A stretch of DNA of 64,000 bases from a virus (lineage: Duplodnaviria > Caudoviricetes). This document shows positions 11,059-21,382 of the stretch, piece after piece. Every line of letters starts with the position of its first letter. The stretch's first letter is position 1. Below the pieces are notes generated by a model. That model saw only the letters and a program-made list of their open reading frames with translations. It was not told where the DNA came from and ran no database searches. The stretch covers positions 32,001 to 96,000 of IMG/VR virus record IMGVR_UViG_3300021400_000126; one strand, given 5' to 3'. Position numbers and translations under genes: made by a program.

Positions 11059-11388
11059 ATGACAAAAAAAAAGCTGATTGAAAAAATTATGCGTGAATGT
11101 GAGCAGGACGGAGAGCCTGTAACAAAAGAAGAAGCCATAGAGATGGCAGAAATGGAAATGAAAGCTAATCAGACTCGCCACTATGAAAAGTCTGATAAGC
11201 CTAGAAAGCCTTCCTCTCGTGTGCGGAAAGTCGATACCACAAAAAAGAGAATCCTCGATAATTGTAGAGTTCTCATTGAGGGTATGGGTGGTGTAACTGT
11301 TAATGTAAAAACTGAAACTGAAGTGACTTTTGTCTTTGATGATGCTGAATACAGTTTGAGACTCGTTAAGCATCGCCCTAAAAAGTAG
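11059..11388 (+). CDS. hypothetical protein, paralog of 13560..13961
   Basis: shared KSDKPRKP..RVRKxD motif. Confidence 0.75.
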   Translation: MTKKKLIEKIMRECEQDGEPVTKEEAIEMAEMEMKANQTRHYEKSDKPRKPSSRVRKVDTTKKRILDNCRVLIEGMGGVTVNVKTETEVTFVFDDAEYSLRLVKHRPKK

Positions 11389-11505
11389 GGGTAACACCCC
11401 TACCTTCGGGCCGGGCCGAAAATTTTTCGAATAAATTTTTCAAAAAGCCCTTGACAAAAAATCTTTTTTCTGATATACTAAAAACATCAAAAGGAGGTAC
11501 AAAAT

Positions 11506-11757
11506 ATGAATTGTTATTTTATCAATGATTTATTAAATTGTAGTGATGAAGAGCTTAGGGAAATTGATAAAACAATTGCTGAAGAGTTAGAAAATAGAAA
11601 AAAATTAAAAAGAAAAGAAGCTTTTGATACCTTAATGGATGCTCTTGAAACTATGGCTAGAGAATATCCTTATGAAGTATTTGATATTGAATCTTCTAGC
11701 GGTGAGTGTGCCACTCTTGATTGGGAAGATTTATACAAATCTCTTCTTGAATGCTAA
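11506..11757 (+). CDS. hypothetical early protein
   Basis: promoter, AGGAGG RBS. Confidence 0.7.
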   Translation: MNCYFINDLLNCSDEELREIDKTIAEELENRKKLKRKEAFDTLMDALETMAREYPYEVFDIESSSGECATLDWEDLYKSLLEC

Positions 11758-12406
11758 TGTGGGGAAATATTTTCCCCACATTTTTCATTTTTGGTCCGGG
11801 CGGCCGATCCGCCCTAACCCCTCATTATAACATAAATAGCCGCTGCCTGTCAATCGTCAAACCGCACAAAATTCTTCTTAATTCTTTGTGCAATATTCCC
11901 CTATTGATTTTTATAAAAAATTATGATAAAATATATTTGAAGATAAGGAAAGAGCAACAAAATTGAATAGGGTGGTCGGCAGAGCATAATCGCCTATCGG
12001 TCACTTGAAAGACAGACAGCTCAAAAAAATCTTCAAAAAATTTAAAAAAACTCTTGACAAACTCAAAAGCCTATGGTATAATGAGTACAGAAAGAGAGAG
12101 GAGATGGAAAACATGAGAGACCCACCGATAAACCAATGTCGAACATAACGGAACTGTTGTAACGCACCCCATCCTGAAAAGAGGTGTTCAAATATGAAAT
12201 TGTTAAAATTTAAATATAGGCTCTAAGCGGAAGTCGCTCCGCTATAACAGAAATGGCGATAGGGAGCAAAAAGGGTGGCCACTGGCCATGGTCACCCTCC
12301 CGAAAAAAATTTAAAAAAACTCTTGACATTTTAAAAATAAAATGTTATAATCAATATGTAAGATAAAGAAAGGGCAAAGCCCCCAACAAGAAAGGATGTG
12401 CTAATT

Positions 12407-12760
12407 ATGACAAAGAGAGAAATGTTCGCAGAGATTCGTAAGGTAGTTATCGACAACGCAGAAATGGTAGCCTTCATTGACCACGAGGTTGAGTTACTGA
12501 ACCGCAAGAGCGGTGGAACTCGCAAGCCTACCAAGACTCAGCTTGAAAACGCACAGTTTAAGGCTGATATCCTCGCCGCTCTCGCTGAGGTTGGCAAGCC
12601 TGTAACCATTAAGGAACTGTGCGAGGTCTGCCCCACTGTCGCAGGTCTGACTAATCAGCGTATTACTCACATGCTGACTGACCTCCGCAAGGGCGGAGAG
12701 GTCACTCGGGAGTACATCAAGAGGGTTGCTTACTTCACGGTAGGCAACGAGGGAGAGTAA
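12407..12760 (+). CDS. MTKREMFAEIR-family winged-HTH-like protein (copy 2)
   Basis: paralogy; promoter upstream. Confidence 0.8.
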   Translation: MTKREMFAEIRKVVIDNAEMVAFIDHEVELLNRKSGGTRKPTKTQLENAQFKADILAALAEVGKPVTIKELCEVCPTVAGLTNQRITHMLTDLRKGGEVTREYIKRVAYFTVGNEGE

Positions 12761-13123
12761 TCTCCCTCCCCCTCCTACATAAAGCACTCTTAGCTATGCT
12801 AAGGGTGCTTTTTTGTGTGCTCGGCCCGCCGACACTCGTGCCGGCGGGAAATTTCCATTATACCACACCCCGCACTTTTTGTCAATAGGAAAGTTGCACA
12901 AAGTTCTCGTTCAAAAATTCCCAAAATTAGTGCAATATTCCAACTTGATATTTTTAAAAAAATTTGTTATAATTATTATACAAGGTAAGGGAAATGAAAA
13001 GTAGCTACTAAAAAATTTCTCAAAAAAATTTAAAAAACCTATTGACAAAATAAAAATCTTATGATATAATAAATACATAAAGATAAAGAAAACAAATCTT
13101 ACAAAAGAAAGGAAGTATGTACT

Positions 13124-13465
13124 ATGACTAAGAGAGAAATGTTTGCTGAGATTCGTGCTATCGTTGTTGATAATGCTGAGATGGTTGCTTTTATTGACCA
13201 TGAGATTGAGTTACTCAATCGTAAGAGCAACGGTAAGAGAAAGCCTACAAAGAATCAGCTTGAAAATACTGCTTTTAAGGCTGACATTATCGCTCACCTT
13301 GCGGAGATTGGTACTCCTAAAACTATCAAGGAACTTCAGGCTGAAGTTGATGGTCTTGGCGAACTGACCAATCAGAGAGTCGCTAGGATGCTCACTGACC
13401 TTGTAAAGGAAGGTACTCTTAATAAGGAATACGTAAAGAGAGTTCCTTACTACTTCGCAGCTTAG
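13124..13465 (+). CDS. MTKREMFAEIR-family winged-HTH-like protein (copy 3, TAG-TAA stop)
   Basis: paralogy; promoter upstream. Confidence 0.8.
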   Translation: MTKREMFAEIRAIVVDNAEMVAFIDHEIELLNRKSNGKRKPTKNQLENTAFKADIIAHLAEIGTPKTIKELQAEVDGLGELTNQRVARMLTDLVKEGTLNKEYVKRVPYYFAA

Positions 13466-13559
13466 TAATCATGGGGGAGTTAATCTCCCCTAATTTCCCC
13501 TTGACAACAGACAATAAAGTGTGCTATAATTTAATCAAACAATAGAAGGGAGATTAAAA

Positions 13560-13961
13560 ATGTACACAAATATCAATGGTAAAAATATCAATATTCCAGA
13601 TAAGGAAATTGATAAATTAATAACTGTTTTAAAAATTTCACATGATGAAGCGGTTCAGACTTGGTTAGAAGATGAAGGTTATCTTGAAAATCCCATAGTA
13701 GAAGAGTTAACACAAAAGGCAAAGGCAAACAAGATTAGCCGTGAAGCCAAATCAGATAAACCGCGAAAACCCACTAAAAGAGTGCGGAAACCCGATGAAG
13801 AAAAGGAAAAATTGATTGAAATTCTTTCAAATTCTTTGAAAAATGCGGGATTTGAGCCACAAATCACCAATAAAAGTAAGATTATTGAGTTAAATATTGG
13901 TGAAAATCATTACAAAATTGATTTAATTAAACAGAGAACAAGCAAAAAAGCAACAAAATAG
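13560..13961 (+). CDS. hypothetical protein, paralog of 11059..11388
   Basis: promoter, RBS, shared motif. Confidence 0.75.
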   Translation: MYTNINGKNINIPDKEIDKLITVLKISHDEAVQTWLEDEGYLENPIVEELTQKAKANKISREAKSDKPRKPTKRVRKPDEEKEKLIEILSNSLKNAGFEPQITNKSKIIELNIGENHYKIDLIKQRTSKKATK

Positions 13962-14146
13962 GCTGGTTTTTAAAAAATTAGCCTATTTTTTATTAAAATC
14001 AGATAAAATTCACCACTTTAACTCGCTAAAGCGCGCCCGGGCCCGCATTTTTTCGCACTTTTTTCAAAAAAACCCTTGACAATCAAATGAGTTAATGCTA
14101 TAATAGCATTGTAAACAAGAGAGAGAATAAGAAAGGAGCAGAAACC

Positions 14147-14404
14147 ATGAAAAACTTCTTTAGAATTGAGTCAGGCTACAAATTTGAATGGAATGATTTA
14201 AGATGCTTCATTACTGTTGTTAATGTTATCTTAATCATGATGTATGGTTTATCTATTGCTTGGTTTGGTCTTGGTGTTGCGGTGATTGGAGTTATCAAGG
14301 ATTTAACTACAGATAGACGCATTAACGGCTTAATCATGCATCTTGCAAATGTATCTTTAAATATTTACTTCTTATTGATTTATTACGGAAAAATAGTTTT
14401 ATAA
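14147..14404 (+). CDS. small multi-pass membrane protein
   Basis: hydrophobic helices; promoter, RBS. Confidence 0.7.
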   Translation: MKNFFRIESGYKFEWNDLRCFITVVNVILIMMYGLSIAWFGLGVAVIGVIKDLTTDRRINGLIMHLANVSLNIYFLLIYYGKIVL

Positions 14405-14475
14405 AAATTTAAAAAACCTATTGACATCCGTATAGAGATGTGATATAATACAGACAGATAAGAAAGAAAGGGGTT

Positions 14476-14919
14476 TTGAAAATGAGAATTTGTTTTGATA
14501 TGGATGGAACAATTGCAAATCTGTACGGTGTTGATGGTTGGCTCGACATGATTTTAGCACATGATGCAACTCCTTATGCACAGGCAAAGGTTCTGCTTAA
14601 CATGAACGTATTAGCAAAAATCCTTAATAAACTTCAGAAAAGAGGTTATGAAATCGGTATCATCAGCTGGCTTGCTAAAGGAAGTACCACAGATTATGAT
14701 GAAGCTGTTACAAGAGCAAAAAAGAAATGGCTTGCTCAGCATCTTAAAAGTGTTCAGTTTGATTTTATTAAGATTGTAGCTTATGGAACTGATAAAAACA
14801 TTGTAGCAACTGGTGAAACTGATATTCTTTTCGATGATGAGGAAAGAAATAGAAACGGTTGGAATGGGGTTGCTTATGATGTTGATAACATCATCGAAAT
14901 CCTTAAGGGTTTAAACTAG
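14476..14919 (+). CDS. HAD-superfamily phosphatase (5'(3')-nucleotidase-like)
   Basis: FDMDGT motif I, ISW motif II, LFDD motif IV. Confidence 0.8.
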   Translation: MKMRICFDMDGTIANLYGVDGWLDMILAHDATPYAQAKVLLNMNVLAKILNKLQKRGYEIGIISWLAKGSTTDYDEAVTRAKKKWLAQHLKSVQFDFIKIVAYGTDKNIVATGETDILFDDEERNRNGWNGVAYDVDNIIEILKGLN

Positions 14920-15028
14920 ACCTTTGAGGATTCGGCCCGGCCCACCGCATAATTTTTTAAAAAAAGTATTGACAAATAAATAAATCTATAGTATAATTAA
15001 GACATCAAGAGAAAGGAAGGACATAAGA

Positions 15029-15721
15029 ATGAACGTATTAGTAATTGACACAGAAACCGCAAACTCCATTAATCAGCCTTTACCATACGATGTTGGTTAT
15101 GCTATTGTTGATACTGTAACTGGTGAAATTCTCACTCAGAAATCTTTTGTAGTTGCGGAAATCTTCCTTGATAAAGATTTAATGAACAGTGCTTATTTTG
15201 CTGAGAAAATTCCTAATTATTGGAAGGATTTAAAGAAAGGCTCACGAGTTATGAAATCCATCTGTAATATTAGGAAATCTATCTGCTCTGACATGAAAAA
15301 ATACAACGTGAAAAAAGTTGGTGCTTATAACATGGGCTTTGACAATAGAGCAACAAAAAATGACATTCGCTACATCAGCGGTTCATTAATTAAGTGGTTC
15401 TTCCCCTACGGAACAGAACTGTTCTGCATTTGGAACATGGCTTGTTCTTCTATTCTTAGCACCAAAGAATACATTGATTTTGCTATGAATAACAATTTTG
15501 TTTCAGAGTGCGGAAACATTCAGACTAGTGCGGAGATTGCCTACCGCTTCTTAACCAATGATGTTTCTTTTGAAGAAGACCACACAGGTTTAGAAGATGT
15601 TATGATTGAAATTGAAATCATGCTTGCAGTACTTCACTCTAATTTAGAGTATGATTCAAAAGTAAGTGGTGGCTGTTGGTGGAAAGTTCAGAAAGCTAAA
15701 AAAGAATTGTGTAGAGGTTGA
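15029..15721 (+). CDS. DEDDh 3'-5' exonuclease, paralog of 9918..10580
   Basis: DTET, AYNMGFD, HTGLED motifs. Confidence 0.85.
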   Translation: MNVLVIDTETANSINQPLPYDVGYAIVDTVTGEILTQKSFVVAEIFLDKDLMNSAYFAEKIPNYWKDLKKGSRVMKSICNIRKSICSDMKKYNVKKVGAYNMGFDNRATKNDIRYISGSLIKWFFPYGTELFCIWNMACSSILSTKEYIDFAMNNNFVSECGNIQTSAEIAYRFLTNDVSFEEDHTGLEDVMIEIEIMLAVLHSNLEYDSKVSGGCWWKVQKAKKELCRG

Positions 15722-16421
15722 GCCTTTACGCAATTCGACCGGGCCAAAAAGTTGAAAAAACCTCTTGACAACCGCATTTTTCTATGATATAATACAGATA
15801 ACAAAAGAAAGGAGATAAAAACATGGATGAGATTGTAAGAGAAGATGCTTTAACTGAAGCACAGATTTTTGAAGATAGAGCCTATCACTATTTTCAAAAA
15901 TACAAGAATGAAACTGATGTAGATGAAATTGCTTACATTTTTTCAAAAGCCTTTAAGGATATGTTTTGGCGGATTGCAGAAGATTTTGAGGAGGAATAAA
16001 CATGAAAAAATTTTACTGTCCTGTGAATGGGTGGGATTGCCCTTACTTCAAGAAAGATGGTTCTTGTGCTATTGTTGACAAAGGCGAAAATCCTGTTTTA
16101 GAGTGTGATGATGCGGCAATGTTTTGGGAGGAGGATGATGATTACTTTGTAGAGGAATAAACCCCTCTACAAATCGCCCGGGCGCTCGTCATTTTGCACA
16201 AAAACTTTCTTATTTTTTGTGCAGTATTACCACTTGTATTTTTTTAAGAATCTGTTATAATTATAAGTGTCAAGGGGATGGAATAGTAAAGAATAAAGGA
16301 AGTTACTCCCCCTAAAAAATTTAAAAAAATTTTTTAAAACCCCTTGACAAACTTAAAACTCTATGATATAATAACAATGTAAACAAAAGAAAACACTAAA
16401 GAAAGAAATGAGGTATGTGTT

Positions 16422-16781
16422 ATGACAAAAATGACTTATGTACAGGCTATTGATTTTGCAGTTGAGATGATTCAGAACGGCGAAGCTAACTTCAACGGCT
16501 TTACGGCTTCGGAGTACATTGAGAAGCTCGATGCTCTCAAGGCTCAGTTGGCGAAGCGTGCGGTTCGCAAGCCTTCCAAGAATCAGCAGGCTAATGAGGG
16601 TGTAAAGAATGATATCCTTGATATCCTCTATGCTAACGAGGGTCTGCGTTGCGGTGATATTGCTGAGCCTCTTGGTATCAGCGGTCAGAAGTGTTCTGCT
16701 CTGCTTCGTCAGCTTGTAGATGCTGGCTTGGTTGAGAAGTATACTGAGAAGCGTGTTACTTACTTCAAGAGGGTTGCCTAG
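16422..16781 (+). CDS. winged-HTH protein, distant MTKREMF-family member
   Basis: RKPSKNQ..N and LGISGQKCSALLRQLVDAGLV. Confidence 0.75.
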   Translation: MTKMTYVQAIDFAVEMIQNGEANFNGFTASEYIEKLDALKAQLAKRAVRKPSKNQQANEGVKNDILDILYANEGLRCGDIAEPLGISGQKCSALLRQLVDAGLVEKYTEKRVTYFKRVA

Positions 16782-17031
16782 CAACCCTCCCCCTTGTGGG
16801 GCGCGCCCGGGTTAATTGGGGTTTTAAAATGGATTCTTCCTTACTGACCTGAATGTGTGACCGGGCCGCGCCCAACCGCGGCCCTCCGATTCTACCACAA
16901 AAATAGCTCAATGTCAAATTTTTTTCAAAAAAATTTGCACAAAATTTTTACCTAAAATCCCAAAATTTTTGTTTATTTTGCCATCTTGTGCAGCGGGACG
17001 CGTTATGGTATAATAATAGGGGGATGCATCT

Positions 17032-17160
17032 TGCTTCATCGCTTTAAAGTGCTAAAGTATGCCAAAACACTTCAATGGTTTAAACTTCTACACTTTAGCA
17101 CTTTAAAGTATTAAAGTAGGCAACGGCACTTCAACACACTAAAGTGTAGAAGTTTAAAGT
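17032..17160. repeat. array of ACTTTA...TAAAGT palindromic boxes
   Basis: ctttaaagtgctaaagt, actttagcactttaaagt, cacttcaacacactaaagtg. Confidence 0.65.
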
Positions 17161-17387
17161 CCTGAAGAAAGCCTCGCGAGCCCCATTGGCGCCATATGCG
17201 ATGGCCAGCCAGAACATGAACCAAACTAACGTATATGCATTGCGGCGCCAAAACTTCATCATATGGCCGCACTTCGTGAAACTTTACTTGAAAATTTTAA
17301 AAATTTTTTGTATAATTAAAAAAACGACTTTTTTAGGCAGCGGCTCCTTGACTTTTTAAAAATTTTTTGTTATAATATTTATATAAT

Positions 17388-17855
17388 ATGATATATATAA
17401 AAAAGGAGATATATTTTATGGATTTATATGAAGCATTAAAATCTGGAGTTTCCGAGGATGAACTTTTAAAAGGTTTCAACAAAGATTTAACTGAAGCTAA
17501 AGAAAAAATTACAAAAGAAATTGAAAAAGAAAAAGCTGAGAAAGAAGCTCAAGCAGAAAAAGCTAGAAAAGCTCGTCTTGCAGAGTATCGACACGAGGTT
17601 GCCGCTGCATTGTGTGACTATCTTCGTTTTGGTTTAAATGTTTTAGACACAAATGAATATATTTCTCAAACAGAAAAGGAAATTGAAGATATTCTCAAAG
17701 AATTTGAGAAAAATTTAGATAATTTATCTTTCTTTATCAAGTGGTTTGACAAAAGCCTTGACAAAAACAAAAATAAAGAGTTTAAAATTCCTTTTAAATC
17801 TTGTACTCTCTTTGACGATGACCAAATTATAAAAGATTTTATTAAAACCCTTTAA
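17388..17855 (+). CDS. hypothetical coiled-coil protein (likely start MDLYEAL at 17418)
   Basis: AGGAG RBS, promoter. Confidence 0.7.
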   Translation: MIYIKKEIYFMDLYEALKSGVSEDELLKGFNKDLTEAKEKITKEIEKEKAEKEAQAEKARKARLAEYRHEVAAALCDYLRFGLNVLDTNEYISQTEKEIEDILKEFEKNLDNLSFFIKWFDKSLDKNKNKEFKIPFKSCTLFDDDQIIKDFIKTL

Positions 17856-18904
17856 TGTTATGATGGGGAATTTAAGTTTTTTAGATTCCCCATCAAAAGC
17901 AATCCTAAATGAAAACGATCGCTTTTTCAAAACTGGCAAGTGATTCTAGGTGTACTGGTTTTGCCACACCACATTCTCAATTTTCTACAATTTTTCTCGA
18001 TTTTCTACAATTTTTACCATTTTTAACAACTTTTAGTTATTTTTCCATTTTTAATCAATTTAATCATTCCTAATTAATTTTGTCATTCCTAACTAATTTC
18101 ATTATTTTTAATTTTTCAATATTCCCATTACCATTCTTAATAAAACTTTCATCCTTCTCAATAGAATTCATCATTCTCAATAAAAAATCCTCTTTTCCGC
18201 CATTTCTAATATATTCTTTGTTCTTTGTACTCTTAATATTATTTTCTACTCCACTCATTTTATTATTTTTACTACTCTCTAATATCTCCATTAACCTTAT
18301 TTCTATATTTATATAATTCTACTCACTTTATAACTATCCTATTCCCATACTTCATCAATTCTTATACTTCTCTTGAACTCGTTCATTATACACTAACACT
18401 CTCATAATATATATATTATATAACAATAGCAACACATAAATATTTACATAAAACATTAAATATTCATTAAATATTCATAAATATTTACATATTTCACAAA
18501 TATTCACTAAAATCTATAAATATTTACTAATTTTATAAATAATCCCTCATCAATAGAAACAACTCAAAAATCCCTCTCTCCTCTTCTCTTCTCCATTTTT
18601 TAATATTCCCAACCTTTCTATTTGCCAAAATTTTAAATAATTCTATCTATTCACACATATTTCTTCATTCCCTAAATTTTTCAAATGAATTTTCCTTTTC
18701 CCTCAAATTTTAAAATCGGTTTTTCAAATGTTCCTTACCAATCCCCGCAGTTTTCATTTCATTTTTCCAATCTTCCCCAATTTTAATTCCAATATCCCTA
18801 TTCCCTCATAAACTAGCCCCCATTCCACAGTAACTCGGAACAGAGCCCCATTTGGTTTGGCGAAGCCAAACCAAATAAAATAACCAATAGAAGTTAGTAA
18901 CCAA

Positions 18905-19055
18905 TAAATTTTCATATATTATTTTCCCAATTTTTAATAATCCCACTGATTTTAGATAAATTGGTAAAGATAATAATATATATATTATCTTTACCAAAGT
19001 TGCCTATTTCAGTGGGTTTATTAGATTTTGGGAAATTTTCATATGAAATTTTATT
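18905..19055. repeat. ~150-bp imperfect inverted repeat (cruciform-capable)
   Basis: core TTGGTAAAGATAATA/TATTATCTTTACCAA, flanked by CCCACTGA/TCAGTGGG and TTCCCAA/TTGGGAA. Confidence 0.8.
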
Positions 19056-19235
19056 AATTTAACAGATTTTCAAATGAATATTTTATTTAAAGATGCGGTT
19101 TCCCCTTATATCTTCTAATATTTTCCTTTATTCCTTCTTTTACCCATGAAAAACAAATAATTCCCATATCAATTAAAAATAATGAAACAAAAAACCAAAA
19201 TATAAAAAACAATATCAACATCAAAAATTTTAAAA

Positions 19236-20015
19236 TCATTTTTTCATTTTAACTCCATCAAAAAAACCATTTAACTATACATTCATTCCTAAACATTCAA
19301 AATAAGACCCAGCCCTACTTGAAATAAAAGCATTATTTTGCTCCAATAATCTTTTTACATCCCTAATTTGTTTATAACTTAATCCTGTAATATTAGCTAA
19401 ATCCGCATATGTAAAAGGCTGATTTTCTTCACATATTCTAATAGCTTCCCAAACTTTTAACAATTGCGGAATCTTATTAAAATTCTTATGATTTTCATCT
19501 GCAATTTTTTGACATTCCCGCATCATATTAATACTAATAGAATATTCTTTCTATACCCCTCTTTTTAAATATAAAATAATATAATCCTAATCCTAATGAC
19601 AAAAAATAGTTTTTCTTTCAACCAAAGACTAAATTACCTAATTTAAAATCTAAATATTTTTTTTAGTCTGTTTAATTCCCACATATTTCAATAACTATTT
19701 ACGGGAACCCCTATAAACTCCTTGCGGTGAAGCTGCTAAAGCTAAAAAAATAAAAAACTAATATTCTTCAAAACTTAAACTTTCAATAGTAATAGGAATA
19801 TCATCAATCTTCTAATTATATATTGTTAAAGCTCTTACATCATCTTCAAATATTTGATAATAATTTTTTCCATCTTTTCTACATTTAACAATATCAACCT
19901 TATATTTTTTCTTAATGGATGTGGCGGTTCGTGAAAAAGCCTTAACAATACTATTCTAACTATATCCAAATAATTCTGCAATCTATTTAGCAGTCATTAA
20001 GTCGCGGCGTTCCAT
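19236..20015 (-). CDS. 259-aa multi-HTH DNA-binding protein (many in-frame TAG); possible replication or regulatory protein
   Basis: GAGAGG RBS; continuous frame if TAG is sense; N-terminal TAK*IAELFGYS*NSI and C-terminal FTYADLANITGLSYKQI HTH-like segments. Confidence 0.7.
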
Positions 20016-20327
20016 GCTATTAAACCTCTCTTAAACTGGTACAAAAATGTTTTATATCTGAAAACCGCACATTTTTTCATTTCAGTTTCCATTTTCAATA
20101 CTCAAAGTTTTTCTATTTGCCTCTTGATAAGCAAAAATATCCCTTTCTCATATTTCTTTTCATCCCTCAAAATTTTCGCGGCAATTTAATTAAAATCAAT
20201 AAAAAATATTTTTCTTTTTTGGAACTCGATTTCGAAGGCTATTCTCGTTTCCTTCGGCAACCTGAAACCTTTTTATTCTAAGGAATTTTAAAATGATTTA
20301 TTGAAATATAAGATAAACATTTTCTCT

Positions 20328-20525
20328 TTAACAATTATAAATATCATCCGAGTCGTCATCTGTAACACTTATAATATCTCCATTATTTAATGTTTCATCA
20401 TCTGCTTCCCACTTCTTTTTAAATGCGGCTTCCAAGCTATTAACCGCGTCTGTACTGGCCTCTTTTAGTAACCCTCTATAATCAAAAATATCTTTAATCA
20501 CTTTTCGTCTCGCTTTTCTATTCAT
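20328..20525 (-). CDS. hypothetical protein
   Basis: ORF track, minus-strand operon. Confidence 0.6.
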   Translation of the reverse strand: MNRKARRKVIKDIFDYRGLLKEASTDAVNSLEAAFKKKWEADDETLNNGDIISVTDDDSDDIYNC

Positions 20526-20556
20526 TTAATGCGGTTGCGCCGTCTTGCGGAGCTTC

Positions 20557-20760
20557 CTACCTCCTATCCGTACATTCATAATCAATTATTTTCATTTCTT
20601 CTTTTGGATAAATTTCCCCCATAATTTGCGGACGCCGCTGTCCATTTTTCCATATCATACTACAAGTACCTAGTTCATCAATTTTTACAACCTGCGACCG
20701 CCCGCAAAAATCATTCTTAGTGTGATATGGACACTGTTTCATTTTACATATCACTATCAT
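20557..20760 (-). CDS. small Cys-rich protein (may read through its TAG)
   Basis: ORF track. Confidence 0.6.
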   Translation of the reverse strand: MIVICKMKQCPYHTKNDFCGRSQVVKIDELGTCSMIWKNGQRRPQIMGEIYPKEEMKIIDYECTDRR

Positions 20761-20938
20761 GTTCTTTACTTACCAATATTACCCAAATATGCTCTCCCTC
20801 ATTATTTTCCATTTGTGCGATACCCACTGCATTTTCCATTGAATTAGCAATCTTTTCCGCTTCTTTCTCATTTACTATTGTTTCTTCAGGATAAAATATG
20901 TTAAATACTTTTGATAATTGTTCTTCATATTTTTCCAT
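20744..20938 (-). CDS. hypothetical protein
   Basis: GGAGGG RBS; divergent promoter region ~20960-21040. Confidence 0.65.
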   Translation of the reverse strand: MEKYEEQLSKVFNIFYPEETIVNEKEAEKIANSMENAVGIAQMENNEGEHIWVILVSKEHDSDM

Positions 20939-21078
20939 CTTTAATTCCCTCCTTTTTTCTTCTTATATAAATTATAGAATATTTTTTTTAACTTTTCAAC
21001 TTTTCTATTGATTTTTTATGAAATTTATTATATAATAATTATATAAAGAATAAAGGATAAATAAAGGGGGTATTTTTT

Positions 21079-21378
21079 ATGAAAACATTTACCGCAGTTG
21101 AACAAGCAACTAATTTAGCTATTCAATTATTTGAAGCAAATTATATCACTATAAATTATGCTTCCGTAAAAGATTGTGTTTTCTCTTGGTATAATAATAC
21201 TGATATTACAGACCCCGAAATTCTCGCGGCGTGTGCTCTTGAAGGAAAAAACTGGTTCCCAGGAGCAACTTATCAACAGATGTTAGACGCCAAAGAGCAG
21301 TGGTTTCCGCAAAATCCTTATGAAGAATTTTCTATTTGGGAAATCGAAGCCGCTCAATATGATATGATATGGAGATAA
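21079..21378 (+). CDS. hypothetical protein
   Basis: promoter, RBS. Confidence 0.7.
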   Translation: MKTFTAVEQATNLAIQLFEANYITINYASVKDCVFSWYNNTDITDPEILAACALEGKNWFPGATYQQMLDAKEQWFPQNPYEEFSIWEIEAAQYDMIWR

Positions 21379-21382
21379 TAAT

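Larger units (their letters stand above)
4400..17000 (+). promoter_or_regulatory. series of near-consensus sigmaA promoters (TTGACA-17-TATAAT), about one per small gene, each gene followed by a terminator
   Basis: e.g. ~4538, 4917, 5321, 6669, 7228, 7766, 8005, 8512, 9028, 9682, 10631, 11451, 12054, 12323, 13042, 13501, 14076, 14421, 14969, 15765, 16344. Confidence 0.9.

Noticed and set aside
18070-18316. ORFs in the skewed tract
   Set aside because: Low-complexity products that simply reflect the compositional skew.
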